A stretch of 64,000 nt of DNA from Halanaerobium sp. (GTDB taxonomy: Bacteria > Bacillota > Halanaerobiia > Halanaerobiales > Halanaerobiaceae), in NCBI GenBank assembly GCA_041694515.1, contig JASMSZ010000054.1:1074-65073 (forward strand), given 5' to 3'. Within the stretch, counting starts at the first letter, position 1. Each line of letters starts with the position of its first letter. The position numbers and the translations under genes were made by a program. The notes beneath the pieces are model-generated. The model was not told where the DNA came from. It saw only the letters and a program-made list of their open reading frames with translations, and did not search any database. Below, in pieces: positions 9,116 to 19,638 of the stretch.

Positions 9116-10321
9116 TTAGGCCGCTTTTTCTACAGCATTATCTGTTACTTTTTTAATCAGATTATTGATAGTTAAAAATAAAATAAATAAAATCGTTATA
9201 AAAATCGGAATTATCTCCAGAGAAATATTCCTGGCCAGCACTCCTGCCAGACCGGGAAGTAATGCCCCACCCAATCCTGCAGCTGAAATCTGCATTCCAA
9301 TTGTATTTGTTGTATGTTCCTGACCAACCCGAGAGGAAGTACTGGAGATTAGGGCCGGAAAAATCGGTGCAATAGCAATTCCGGTTATCGCAACTCCAAG
9401 CAGTGACAGCCGCTGTGATAAATTGACAGCAACTAAGATACTTCCCAGCAGACCTAGAGCAGCTGCATATTTAGCAATTTTTCGACTCAAAAATTTATAG
9501 GCTAAAAATCCAGCTAAAATCCTGCCTACTGTAAAAGAACCCCAGTAAGCACTGACCCAGAACCCCGCCAGAGCTGTACTGATTCCTCTGGATTCTGTAA
9601 ATAAAGTGTAGCTCCAGTGGCCAACTGCCATTTCTATTCCCGTATAAATAAAAAACAAAAGAATACTCATTAAAGCAGGTAAGTGGGTTAAAGTCTGAAT
9701 CAACTTCATTTCCTGAATCTTCTCTTTATTTTCATCAGATCCGACAGTCTTTTTATTTTTCGGATCTTTCCAGAGAGAAAGAGTTAAAACAAAGATTAAA
9801 GCAAGTATTATCTGGGCTGTACCGACAATCAGATAACCAGTTCGCCAGCTATTAGAATATTTAATACCATTGGCCATAATAATCGGACCCAGTGTAATTC
9901 CTACCCCAAAACTGGCATGCAGCCACTGCATTAACCCTTCGTTAAAATGTTTTTCAACATAGGTATTTAAGCCAGCATCAATTGCTCCTGCGCCCATACC
10001 GGCAAGAACAGCCAGCAGAGGCAAAAGCCGCCAGAATGGAGCTAAAGTATAACCTATCAGAGCCAGACCGGTTGCCAGACAGCTGAGAGCCAGCAGAACT
10101 GCCACTCCAATCTTTTTGATAAAAAAACCATTAAAAAAGCTGGAAAGCAAATAACCTGTGGTTGAGCCAATTAAGATAATTCCCAGAGCATCAAGGGGTA
10201 GAGAAAAACTGCTTCTCATTTCAGGCCAGGCAACACCCAGCAGTCCATCCGGCAGCCCCAGGGAAATAAAAGCAATATAAATTAAAGCAATTAATAAATA
10301 TTTCTTTTTTTGTTTATTCAT
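9116..10321 (-). CDS. MFS transporter (fucose-permease-like)
   Basis: About 12 hydrophobic segments, FISLGLPDGLLGVAWP and GAIDAGLN motifs; likely start ATG 10321. Confidence 0.85.
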   Translation of the reverse strand: MNKQKKKYLLIALIYIAFISLGLPDGLLGVAWPEMRSSFSLPLDALGIILIGSTTGYLLSSFFNGFFIKKIGVAVLLALSCLATGLALIGYTLAPFWRLLPLLAVLAGMGAGAIDAGLNTYVEKHFNEGLMQWLHASFGVGITLGPIIMANGIKYSNSWRTGYLIVGTAQIILALIFVLTLSLWKDPKNKKTVGSDENKEKIQEMKLIQTLTHLPALMSILLFFIYTGIEMAVGHWSYTLFTESRGISTALAGFWVSAYWGSFTVGRILAGFLAYKFLSRKIAKYAAALGLLGSILVAVNLSQRLSLLGVAITGIAIAPIFPALISSTSSRVGQEHTTNTIGMQISAAGLGGALLPGLAGVLARNISLEIIPIFITILFILFLTINNLIKKVTDNAVEKAA

Positions 10322-10382
10322 AATTACACCTTTTCTCTGCTTCAATTTTTTAAAAATATCAAGTCAAATTAAATACTTCTGC

Positions 10383-11378
10383 TTAAGCGGTCTCTCTTTT
10401 AATTAATTTTAACTCTAACTCTTGATGATAAATCTCATTTAACTGGCCGTTAATTGCTTTTAATAAAACTTCAATCGATAGGTGCCCGAGCTGGTACATC
10501 GGCTGCCAGATAGTTGTTAACTTTAAATACTTAGCAAGTTCGATATTATCATAACCAACTACCGCTATATCCTCGGGAGCAGTTAAGCCTTCTTCTTCCA
10601 TAGCCTGCAGGACTCCAATTGCCTGATTATCAGAAGCAGCAAAAACAGCTGCAGGCCATTCCGGCTCAGGTAGTTCTAATATTTCCTGCATTGCCTGATA
10701 ACCGTCTTCTGTATGGAAATCCCCAAATTTAAGCAGATCAGGATTTAAACTAAGATTATTTTTTGCTAATATATTTTTTACACCTTTTAAACGATTGATC
10801 CCATGCTGACTATCTTTAATACCATTGACAAAAGAAATATTTTGATGTCCCTGTTTAATTAAATAAGCAACAGCCATTTCTGCACCCTTAACATCATTTA
10901 AATGAATAGAGTGAAAATCAGTACTATCCTCATCTGCCAAAACTATTGGAATCTCCTCACTCAATAAAGACTGGTAGTCATGTTCGCAAATATCCATAGT
11001 AACTGCTGCAATACCATCAACCTTTTTACTGTGAACAATATCCAGTATTTTATCCATCATCTGCTGATCTTTATCTATTTTATATAAAATTAGATCTATT
11101 CTTTCCTCTTCTAAAGCATCCTGAATACCTTTTAAGACTTCCACAAAAAAGTGATCAATAAATGTGGGAACAATAACACCGACTGCATTTGCTTTCTGGC
11201 TGGCCAGATTTTGGGCAACTTTATTTGGTCTGTAATTTAATTCTTTCATCACTTTAAGAACCTTATCTCTGGTTTCATCTTTTACTTTACTGCTGTTATT
11301 TAAAACTCTGGATACAGTTCCAATCCCAACACCGGCTTTCTCTGCTACATCATAAATATTAACTTTATCTTTTGCCAT
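10383..11378 (-). CDS. LacI-family transcriptional regulator
   Basis: NIYDVAEKAGVGIGTVSRVLN helix-turn-helix, YRPN hinge, sugar-binding domain. Confidence 0.93.
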   Translation of the reverse strand: MAKDKVNIYDVAEKAGVGIGTVSRVLNNSSKVKDETRDKVLKVMKELNYRPNKVAQNLASQKANAVGVIVPTFIDHFFVEVLKGIQDALEEERIDLILYKIDKDQQMMDKILDIVHSKKVDGIAAVTMDICEHDYQSLLSEEIPIVLADEDSTDFHSIHLNDVKGAEMAVAYLIKQGHQNISFVNGIKDSQHGINRLKGVKNILAKNNLSLNPDLLKFGDFHTEDGYQAMQEILELPEPEWPAAVFAASDNQAIGVLQAMEEEGLTAPEDIAVVGYDNIELAKYLKLTTIWQPMYQLGHLSIEVLLKAINGQLNEIYHQELELKLIKRETA

Positions 11379-11387
11379 AACTATTAA

Positions 11388-12209
11388 TTATCCTTTCACT
11401 GATCCCCTCATGACTCCACTAATTATTTTCTTCTGAGCAATAATATAAACTAAAAGCATCGGAAGAAGTGCAAGTATATAGGAAGCAAATGCTAAACTAT
11501 AGTTGGTACTAAATTGTGATTGAAAAACATGCTGAACTAAAGGTAATGTCATACTGGAACGATCACTAATCAATAATAATGGTAATAAAAAATCATTCCA
11601 GGCTTTTAGGGCAGTCAAAATCGCAACTGTTGCATTTATCGGTTTTAAAACCGGGAAAATAATTTTCCAGAAAACCTGCCAGACATTGGCCCCGTCTATT
11701 ATTGCAGCTTCTTCTATACTCCGGGGTAGAGATTTTATGTAACCTACATAGATAAAAACATTTAACGGTAAAGCATACACTATATATAATAATACAAGTC
11801 CATTAAGATTATCAAGGCTTAACATTGACATTTCCTTAACAATTGGCAGCATAATCAGCGGAAAAGGAATAAACATCGCACTAATAAAGTAATAATAAAG
11901 AAATTTAAAATATTTTTTATCCATATTGCGTGCTACTGCATAGGAGACCATTGAATTAACCACCAGTACCACTGCTACTGTTGGAAAAGTAACATAAGCA
12001 CTGTTTTTTAAACTCTGAAAATAATTAGTCATTTTTATTGCTTTAATATAATTGGAAAATTGAAATGAATCTGGTACGGCCAATATTGATTCAGCTAACT
12101 GCTGAGGATTTTTTAGTGAAACAATGAGTGCCATATATAAAGGAATAATTATGATAAATGAACCCAAAAGCAGTAATCCTGTCGCCCACCAATTTGTTTT
12201 TTCCTTCAT
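11388..12209 (-). CDS. Carbohydrate ABC permease (MsmG-like)
   Basis: EAA motif IEEAAIIDGA, WNDFLLPLL. Confidence 0.9.
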   Translation of the reverse strand: MKEKTNWWATGLLLLGSFIIIIPLYMALIVSLKNPQQLAESILAVPDSFQFSNYIKAIKMTNYFQSLKNSAYVTFPTVAVVLVVNSMVSYAVARNMDKKYFKFLYYYFISAMFIPFPLIMLPIVKEMSMLSLDNLNGLVLLYIVYALPLNVFIYVGYIKSLPRSIEEAAIIDGANVWQVFWKIIFPVLKPINATVAILTALKAWNDFLLPLLLISDRSSMTLPLVQHVFQSQFSTNYSLAFASYILALLPMLLVYIIAQKKIISGVMRGSVKG

Positions 12210-13072
12210 TAATAATCCACCTCACGTTTTTGCAGTACTTTTAACTGGAAGAAAGAAATGGCTAATACAACCAATAAGAAAACTACAGCATTAGCAGTCT
12301 GATATGCAAATTCTCCACCCATAAAACCACCATTATAAATAAGCAGAGTAATAGACTCAGTTGCCTGACCGGGACCACCCTGAGTTAAAGCCATTATGTG
12401 ATCAAAAACCATCAAAAAGCCGCGCATTGAAATAACAATATTAATCGTAAGAAATGGAGCAATTAAGGGAAAAGTAATATGTTTAAATTGATTCCATTTG
12501 TCGGCACCATCTATTTTAGCAACCTCATATAATTCATCTGGAACAGTCTGCAGGCCAGATAAATAAAGCAAAATATTAAAACCACTGGAATTCCAGACAG
12601 CAAGAATCACTACCCCAATCCAGGCTAAATTCATATTTCCTAAAATGTTTTTGCTTAAGATTTCTATTCCTAATTGACTTCCTAATTGAGGAATAATAAA
12701 AGTAAAAATATGATTAAATATATAACCAACAACTAAAATACTCAGCATATAGGGAACAAAATATACTGCTCTAAAAGTATTTTTAAACCTTATTTTAGAA
12801 TTGAGTCCTAAGGCAACAAGCAAACTTAAAATATTAACAATGATTGTTGTAACAATAGCAAATTTAAATGTAAAAATGTAGGCATCAAATGCTCTGCCGT
12901 CATTTAATAAATTTATATAATTTTTAAAACCAACAAAACTATAATCACCAAAACCTATATAATTAGTGAAACTATAAAATATACCCTGTAAAGCTGGAAG
13001 GGTATGAAAAGCAAAAAATAATATAAATGCCGGAATTGTCATCCAGTAAAAGACAGACGAAGTTTTTTTCAT
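12209..13072 (-). CDS. Carbohydrate ABC permease (MsmF-like)
   Basis: YSFTNY, ELYEVAKIDGA and LTQGGPG motifs. Confidence 0.9.
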   Translation of the reverse strand: MKKTSSVFYWMTIPAFILFFAFHTLPALQGIFYSFTNYIGFGDYSFVGFKNYINLLNDGRAFDAYIFTFKFAIVTTIIVNILSLLVALGLNSKIRFKNTFRAVYFVPYMLSILVVGYIFNHIFTFIIPQLGSQLGIEILSKNILGNMNLAWIGVVILAVWNSSGFNILLYLSGLQTVPDELYEVAKIDGADKWNQFKHITFPLIAPFLTINIVISMRGFLMVFDHIMALTQGGPGQATESITLLIYNGGFMGGEFAYQTANAVVFLLVVLAISFFQLKVLQKREVDY

Positions 13073-13151
13073 TACTATTTCCTCCCACCTAAAATTAAGG
13101 AGCTCCTCTCGATTATGAGAAGAACTCCTACTTTATTCAAATAAATATCTC

Positions 13152-14369
13152 TTAACGAGACTGTACTTTATTCCATTCAGAATCGAGTTTTTCTAAAAAT
13201 TCTTCCACATTACCTCGATGTAAGAAACCCTGAATCAGGTTTGGAACCTGCATTCCAGATGGATAATAGTGATCAGGAAAAGGTGCAATTTTTCCACTTT
13301 CAAAATATTCTTTTAAATCAACTACAGTAGGGTCATTTTGAAATACATTTTCTACTGCAGAAAAAGTCATCTGCTGATCAATGTAAAATTGAGCGTTTTC
13401 TTTTTTAAGTAAGAATTTAATAAATTTCTCTGCAGCTTCCGGATGATCAGTATTTTTGCTTATTGTTAGAACAGTATCTACTCCCGAAACTAACATGTTC
13501 TCATCTGCATCATTAACTGCTGGCAGAGCAAAAGCACCTAAATTAATGTCGGGGTTTGCTTCTAAAATTGGATTGATTGCCCAGACACCCTGAATGTACA
13601 TAAATGATTTACCATTAGCAAAAGCCTGATTGCCCTGACTGTAACCATAACCAAAAACATCATCCTGTCCATAATCCAGTAACTTATAAATTCTTTCTGC
13701 TACTTTTTGATAACGTGCCTTAAAAGTTGTCTCATCAGCCAGTCTCTGCTTAATAAAATTTTTCCCCTGTAGATTTGCAGCTAATGAATTCCAGGGGACC
13801 ATAATAGTCCAGGCATCTTTAAATGTTAAATAAAAAGGAGTCCCACCATTTTTCTGGATAGTTTCTGCAGCTGCTATAAATTCATCCCAGGTTTTTGGAA
13901 TATCTAAATCCAATTCTTTAAATTTATCTTTATTATATAAAACTGTATTAGCATTTGCTGTAAATGGTACGCCATAGTTAGAATTTCCTTCATGTAAATC
14001 CTGCAGCATTTCTTTATATGCCGGTTGAATATTTTTCAAATAAGGAGCATCATCAAAATTCTTAAAAATTCCTGCATCTGCTATTTGACCATAAGTAAAA
14101 TTCCCTCCGAGACCCATAATATCAGGTATATTGTTTCTGGCCAGTCTTGATCTTAATACCGTTTCTGCATCAGGGACATGATTCTGTTCGATATTGATAT
14201 CCGGATTTTCTTTTTCAAATTTCTCAATTAACCTGTCAAAAGTTTCTACAGCTTCCCGCTTATTCTGGAAAAACTCCAGCTCAACCTCCTGAGCAAAACC
14301 GACTGCACTGAGACCAAAAACCATTAATACTGCCAGTAAAACTGAAATAGTTGGATCTAAAGATTTCAT
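13152..14369 (-). CDS. Carbohydrate ABC substrate-binding protein (MsmE-like)
   Basis: Signal peptide, EFFQNKRE, YGVPFTANA and PFPDHYYP typical of MsmE. Confidence 0.88.
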   Translation of the reverse strand: MKSLDPTISVLLAVLMVFGLSAVGFAQEVELEFFQNKREAVETFDRLIEKFEKENPDINIEQNHVPDAETVLRSRLARNNIPDIMGLGGNFTYGQIADAGIFKNFDDAPYLKNIQPAYKEMLQDLHEGNSNYGVPFTANANTVLYNKDKFKELDLDIPKTWDEFIAAAETIQKNGGTPFYLTFKDAWTIMVPWNSLAANLQGKNFIKQRLADETTFKARYQKVAERIYKLLDYGQDDVFGYGYSQGNQAFANGKSFMYIQGVWAINPILEANPDINLGAFALPAVNDADENMLVSGVDTVLTISKNTDHPEAAEKFIKFLLKKENAQFYIDQQMTFSAVENVFQNDPTVVDLKEYFESGKIAPFPDHYYPSGMQVPNLIQGFLHRGNVEEFLEKLDSEWNKVQSR

Positions 14370-14397
14370 TTAATAAATCCCCCTCTAAATTTTTGTT

Positions 14398-14413
14398 TTG
14401 GAACCGCTTCCAA
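14398..14413. promoter_or_regulatory. LacI-family operator 1
   Basis: Near-palindrome TTGGAACCGCTTCCAA with central CG. Confidence 0.75.
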
Positions 14414-14430
14414 ATAGTTTAAAAATAAAA

Positions 14431-14444
14431 TGGAATCGCTTCCA
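14431..14444. promoter_or_regulatory. LacI-family operator 2
   Basis: TGGAATCGCTTCCA, overlapping the predicted transcription start. Confidence 0.75.
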
Positions 14445-14450
14445 AAAATA

Positions 14451-14479
14451 ATTATAACAGTAGTTTTAAAAAAAGTCAA
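14451..14479 (-). promoter_or_regulatory. Sigma-A promoter of the sugar ABC operon
   Basis: TTGACT-N17-TATAAT. Confidence 0.8.
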
Positions 14480-14533
14480 ACAATTTAATTAGCCAGGATT
14501 TAAAATTATTAATTATTTGGTTTCAACTAAGTT

Positions 14534-15757
14534 TTAAATATATCTAGTCATTATAAATGCTTGATTAAAATTTTTATCTAATAGATAGTCTTTATAATAT
14601 TTGATATTCTTGCGCTTCTTCATTAATGAAAAGAATAACCCTGCATTAGAAATATCACCTAATAAAACAAAACCATTAATCTTATTATTTTTTATATAAA
14701 TTTTTCGCAAAACTCCTTTATCCTTATATTTAATTTCTTCTCCCTCAAGTTTTCCGACCACCATTAGTTTATAACTTAATTCTTTCAGTGAATTTGTACT
14801 AAACTGCTTTTGATATTTTCTTTCTGCTCCTAAGATATTCAGGGCTGCCCTCTGACCATGATTGACTGCTACTGTATGCAGACCGTGAATAGTCATCTCT
14901 CCAGTTACTAAATCTTCGGTCTGAGCTACATCTCCACAGGCATAAATATTCTGATAATTAGTCTGCAGGTATCGGTTAACAGGGATTCCCCAACCGTCAT
15001 TTTCTATTCCACTATCAATTATAAAATCAATATTAGGCTTTACTCCTGTAGCCGCTATATAAAAATCGGCTGTTAATTCCCTGCCGTCACTGGTAACAAG
15101 ACTCTCAACTTTTCGCTCACCGGTAAAGCGATTTCCTTCAGTATTCAGCATTACATTAACACCCTGATTTTCTAAATCTTCGACTACATATCCTGCAGTT
15201 TCTTTGTCTAATAACCGCGGCATTATCCAGCCGCGGCGGTTTAAAATAGAAGGTTTTATCCCAATTTTAGCTAAACATAAAGCTATTTCTACACCTAAAA
15301 ATCCACCACCAACAATTACTGCTGATTTATTTCCCTGACGCGCCATATCTTTTATTTGCTGGGCCCCAAAAATATTTTTAAAATTAGTAATCCCTTTTTT
15401 GTCTGCTCCTTTAACTACTGGTGGAATATGAAGCGAACTACCAGAAGCTATTAATAATCTATCAAATTTTCTTTTTCTATTGTTTTCTGTCAGGACATAC
15501 TGTTTATCAGGATCTACTGCAGCCACTTTTTCTCCTAAAAAACAGTTAAAATCATAACGACTGCAGACATCCTGGCCCTGCCAGTAAAGTAAATTTTTCT
15601 GATCATTAATTAAATATTCTCCTAAAGCTGCTGGAGAATAAGGAGGCACATTCTCTGCCGAAAAAATATCTATAGTTCCCCTAAAGTTTCTTTTTCGCAA
15701 AGTAAGGGCAGCAGTCAATCCTGCTGGCCCTGAACCAATAATCACAATACGCATCAA
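14534..15757 (-). CDS. FAD/NAD(P)-dependent oxidoreductase (FNOR) of the CODH cluster
   Basis: IIGSGPAG, LLIASGS, VGGGFLGVE, ATGVKPN and IYACGDVA flavoprotein motifs. Confidence 0.88.
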   Translation of the reverse strand: MMRIVIIGSGPAGLTAALTLRKRNFRGTIDIFSAENVPPYSPAALGEYLINDQKNLLYWQGQDVCSRYDFNCFLGEKVAAVDPDKQYVLTENNRKRKFDRLLIASGSSLHIPPVVKGADKKGITNFKNIFGAQQIKDMARQGNKSAVIVGGGFLGVEIALCLAKIGIKPSILNRRGWIMPRLLDKETAGYVVEDLENQGVNVMLNTEGNRFTGERKVESLVTSDGRELTADFYIAATGVKPNIDFIIDSGIENDGWGIPVNRYLQTNYQNIYACGDVAQTEDLVTGEMTIHGLHTVAVNHGQRAALNILGAERKYQKQFSTNSLKELSYKLMVVGKLEGEEIKYKDKGVLRKIYIKNNKINGFVLLGDISNAGLFFSLMKKRKNIKYYKDYLLDKNFNQAFIMTRYI

Positions 15758-15771
15758 ACTATCCCCCTCTT

Positions 15772-16671
15772 TTATTCCCTCTCCACTCCAATTAAAGTCC
15801 TATACAGCTCTCTAACTGCTTTTACATAAGGCGTATTCTTTTTTAATAATGGAGCTACATCAGGTTCATTGCGGTAAACACTTTCATCAAAAGGTAGATA
15901 GTGAATATAATCAAAGATTTTTATTTTTTCTCCTGCTCTTTCCATTACTTTATCCTTATCTTTTTCTCCCCGCACTTTATTAACTACTAAATGAATATTC
16001 TCTATTTCTAATTGATCTGCTAACTGAGCTGAGTGTAAAGCAACCTGTACCGCGTTAAAACTTGGCTCCGTAATAATTACAGCATTGCGGAAACCTTCAG
16101 CCAGTGAACGACCAAAATGTTCAACTCCAGCCTGAGTATCCATTAAAATAACTTCATCTTCTCTTAAATTTATATAACCTACAATTGAATCCAGTAATGA
16201 GTTTTCTGGACATAAACATCCTGTAGCTGCCTGAATCACACTGCCAATCACTAATAGGTTAATTCTATCTTTAATATTCATGCCAAATCTATTAACTACA
16301 TCTGAGACATCAGGATTCAAATTGAGCATTGCTCCCCAATTTTCTCCCGGTCTTACCCCTGTTTTTTCTTCAATATAATCTATATTTTCTGAGACAGGAA
16401 CTATTTCGTCAGCTTTTTCTTCAGGAAAACCTAAGGAAAAGGCAAGATTTTGCTGGGGGTCTTCATCCACTGCTAAAACTTGATATTTACCTTCAGCAAA
16501 AAGTTGTGCTAAAAGAGCAGTCAGAGTTGTCTTACCTGCTCCACCCTTACCGGTAGTTACAACTCTAAAATCATTAATAGTTTTATCGGATTCTAAACCC
16601 TCTGCTGCTGAAAAGACTTTCTTTCTTCTTTCTTTTTCCTGTGCTCTAGCTTTTTCTCTATCCTGGCTCAT
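15772..16671 (-). CDS. cooC: CO dehydrogenase nickel-insertion ATPase
   Basis: GKGGAGKTT, GCLCPEN (CxC), DTQAGVEHFGR. Confidence 0.92.
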   Translation of the reverse strand: MSQDREKARAQEKERRKKVFSAAEGLESDKTINDFRVVTTGKGGAGKTTLTALLAQLFAEGKYQVLAVDEDPQQNLAFSLGFPEEKADEIVPVSENIDYIEEKTGVRPGENWGAMLNLNPDVSDVVNRFGMNIKDRINLLVIGSVIQAATGCLCPENSLLDSIVGYINLREDEVILMDTQAGVEHFGRSLAEGFRNAVIITEPSFNAVQVALHSAQLADQLEIENIHLVVNKVRGEKDKDKVMERAGEKIKIFDYIHYLPFDESVYRNEPDVAPLLKKNTPYVKAVRELYRTLIGVERE

Positions 16672-18551
16672 ATACCCAATTCCTCCCTCTGACTCAAGAT
16701 ATGTCGTTCAATCATGCGGGCAGCTATTTTTGGATCAGGCTCAACTGCAAACTTAGCATTAACTACATCTTCCAGTTCATCAGTTAATAAATCAGTAACC
16801 TTTTGACTGCCATTGGTATTAGGTGGTAATCCTACTACTGTATAGAAACCTGAAGCAACAAAATAGGAAGCAATTGTTAGAGCTTTTTGAGCATACCATT
16901 CCGGTGCTGCTCCCGCGGCAGGTAATTGATCAATACCTACATCAAGTGCATTAGCTAATTCACCTGCTAAAGCAAGAATACGCGAACAATCAACACAGGA
17001 TCCCATATGTAGAATTGGTGGTATATTTAAGCTTTCACAAACCTCACGCAAACCATCACCGGCCATTTTAGCTGCTTCGGGAACCAATAGTCCTGCTTTC
17101 CCAGATGCCACAGCAGCACAACCGGTTTCAACCATTAAAATATCTTTCTTCATTAATTCTTTGGCTAAATTAACATGACCATAGTCATGTTGAATTTTAG
17201 GATTACTGCAGCCTACTGAGCCTACAATCCCTTTTATTTTTCCAGAAGTAATTGCATCTATTAATGGTTTAAAACTGCCTCCTAGTTCTTCTTTAATTGC
17301 CTCCACAGAAAAACCAGCTACCATTTCCATTGGCTCACAGGGGATTTCTACTTTCTGAGGATTCCGTTCTTTGTAGGTATCTATAGCCAGTTCAACTATC
17401 TCTGTTGCCGTATCATAAGCATTTTCAGGATGAAATTCTTTATGTACCGCACCGGGAACTTTTGATTTTTCACTGGTAGAGATAACCTTACTGTGAAAAC
17501 ATTTTGCCACCTGTGGAAGAGAAGGAAAAATACATTGATAATCAATAATCATTGCATCTACTGCTCCTGTAGCAAGGGCCAGCTCCTGATTAAGCATATT
17601 TCCAGCCATCGGTATTCCTTTTCTCATCAATAGTTCATTACCTGTACAGCATAAACCGACTAAATTAATTCCTTCTGCTCCGGCAGCTTTAGCTTGATCA
17701 ACCAGTTCCTGATTATTAGCCGCTTTAACTACTACATCTGATAAAACAGGATTATGGCCGTGCAGCACAATATTTACCATCTCTTCTTTTAAAGTTCCTA
17801 AATTAACTGTGGATTGTGTCACTTTAGGTGTTCCAAATAAAATATCAGATAGCTCAGTTGCCATCATTGATCCACCCCAACCATCAGCCAGCGAAGTTCT
17901 TAAACCATGAAGTAACATATTCGTGTAATCCGCCCCTACACCCATGTGAACTCGATGCATAGCTTCAACTACTTCTCGGTCAATTCCCCGAGGCATAATA
18001 CCTGCTTGATTCCAGATCTCTCTTGTTTTTTCTGGAGCTCGATCTGTAAAATCTAATTTTCCTTTAACCATCCCATATTCAGCTAAAAATTGTTCACCCA
18101 TTTCTTTTGCTATCTCTAAATTAGAACGACCTTCCACTTCTATTCCAATATCTTGCGCCACATTTTTTAATTTCTCTGTGTCTAAAAGTTCATAACCCTG
18201 GCTTTCCCCATTTGCTGTTTCATAAAAAGTTTCTAATACTTCACGACCATGATCAGAATGTGAGGCTGACCCAGCTGCCATATCATTTAGCAGATTTCGA
18301 GCTACAATTAAATTAGCATCCGCCCCACAAACTCCCCGCTGCGGTCCCTCTTCAAATGGGTCTACCTGACAGGGTCCCATTTTACATGAATTACAACAAA
18401 TCCCCAGTTGACCAAATCCACACTGCGGCTGCTGTGCTTCTAATCTATCCCAGGCTGTTTCAATATTTTCATCTAAAGTCCTCTTCATTGTCTGTTTTTC
18501 ATCTTCATCTATTGTTCGTTCATCTACTTTTTTATCTATCTCAGTGCTCAT
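16668..18551 (-). CDS. cooS: Anaerobic Ni,Fe carbon monoxide dehydrogenase catalytic subunit
   Basis: QPQCGFGQLGICC..C..GPC, GVCGA, SHSDHG, HGHNP, GLCCTGNE, DYQC, ETGC, HMGSCVD and APEW..QKA motifs. Confidence 0.96.
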   Translation of the reverse strand: MSTEIDKKVDERTIDEDEKQTMKRTLDENIETAWDRLEAQQPQCGFGQLGICCNSCKMGPCQVDPFEEGPQRGVCGADANLIVARNLLNDMAAGSASHSDHGREVLETFYETANGESQGYELLDTEKLKNVAQDIGIEVEGRSNLEIAKEMGEQFLAEYGMVKGKLDFTDRAPEKTREIWNQAGIMPRGIDREVVEAMHRVHMGVGADYTNMLLHGLRTSLADGWGGSMMATELSDILFGTPKVTQSTVNLGTLKEEMVNIVLHGHNPVLSDVVVKAANNQELVDQAKAAGAEGINLVGLCCTGNELLMRKGIPMAGNMLNQELALATGAVDAMIIDYQCIFPSLPQVAKCFHSKVISTSEKSKVPGAVHKEFHPENAYDTATEIVELAIDTYKERNPQKVEIPCEPMEMVAGFSVEAIKEELGGSFKPLIDAITSGKIKGIVGSVGCSNPKIQHDYGHVNLAKELMKKDILMVETGCAAVASGKAGLLVPEAAKMAGDGLREVCESLNIPPILHMGSCVDCSRILALAGELANALDVGIDQLPAAGAAPEWYAQKALTIASYFVASGFYTVVGLPPNTNGSQKVTDLLTDELEDVVNAKFAVEPDPKIAARMIERHILSQREELGI

Positions 18552-19186
18552 GCTTTAGAATCCTCCCTTTTTTTAGATGATGGTAATGGTCCTATTTGGG
18601 CAATCTTTTCCTGTAATTTCTTAAATGATTTAATGTTTTTGGGTATTTCTTTATGATTCCCTCCGCCCCTGATTTGACTGGTTATATTTCTGAATAGTTT
18701 TGTCTGTCTCTGATTACTAAGCTCATTCGCCTCAGCATAAATTAAAGCATCAGTTCTACAGGCTTCTACACAGGCTGGTTTTTTAGCTTCCTGCAGTCTT
18801 TCAAGACAGTGATCACATTTATAAGCTATATCATTACCATCTTCTTCTAGCTGGCGAAAAGCGATAGCATCATTGGGACAAACCATCGCACACATTCCAC
18901 AGGAAATACATTTTTCTGCTTCCACCTGTACTGAATCAAACTCAGAATCATGATAAATTGCATCAATTGGACAGGCATTTTCACAGGGAGCAGGATCACA
19001 GTGTTGACATTTATTAGGAAATGTCATTAAGTCAATTCCCAGACCTACCTGAATCCTTGGTTGAGACTTTGGCTTATCTGTCAGCATTGAATATAAATCT
19101 TTACCTGAAGAATGCTCTACAGCACATGCCATTTCACAATGTCTGCAGCCAACACATCTTTCTACATCTGCAAATACTACTTTCAA
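18548..19186 (-). CDS. cooF: 4Fe-4S dicluster protein CooF
   Basis: CVGCRHCEMAC, CQHCDPAPCENACP, CISCGMCAMVCP and KCDHC...PACVEAC; TTG start at 19186 after GAGGAGG. Confidence 0.92.
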   Translation of the reverse strand: MKVVFADVERCVGCRHCEMACAVEHSSGKDLYSMLTDKPKSQPRIQVGLGIDLMTFPNKCQHCDPAPCENACPIDAIYHDSEFDSVQVEAEKCISCGMCAMVCPNDAIAFRQLEEDGNDIAYKCDHCLERLQEAKKPACVEACRTDALIYAEANELSNQRQTKLFRNITSQIRGGGNHKEIPKNIKSFKKLQEKIAQIGPLPSSKKREDSKA

Positions 19187-19417
19187 TTTCTTACCTCCTC
19201 GTATAATAATTATTATTACTAATTGTAAGCATAATACTATAATTAAATATAATTTTCTTAATTCCTGCAAAAAATTAAAATTTTTTAATTTTTCTGCAAT
19301 TATATATATATAATTTAAAAGTGAGCCAGGAAAATAATTTAAAAATGATGGATAGGTGAAAAAGGTGATAAAATTGAATAAAAAAGCCAGTATTCTTATT
19401 AAACAATTTGTCGAAGA

Positions 19418-19633
19418 TCAATCAATTAGATAAACAGCCTGAGAGTCAGAATTTTCAAGAAATCCAGTTAGACTTTCAATAACTCTTTTAGCTGCTTTCT
19501 TACTTTTAACATAAATCTGGTTATCATCAGCATAGCGGCAGAATTTATAATTGAGTATCTCCAGTTCTTTATCCAGTTCATCCAGTATAATGTTACTAAA
19601 CAATGGACTTAGAGACCCCCCTATGCCAGGCAA
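19418..19633 (-). pseudogene. Group II intron reverse transcriptase fragment (domains 4-5)
   Basis: GGSLSPLFSNIILDELDKEL...FCRYADDNQIYVKSKKAAKRVIES resembles QGGPLSPLLSNI.LDELDKEL..RGH.F.RYADD of bacterial group II intron RTs; the rest of the RT is absent. Confidence 0.85.
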
Positions 19634-19638
19634 ACCTG

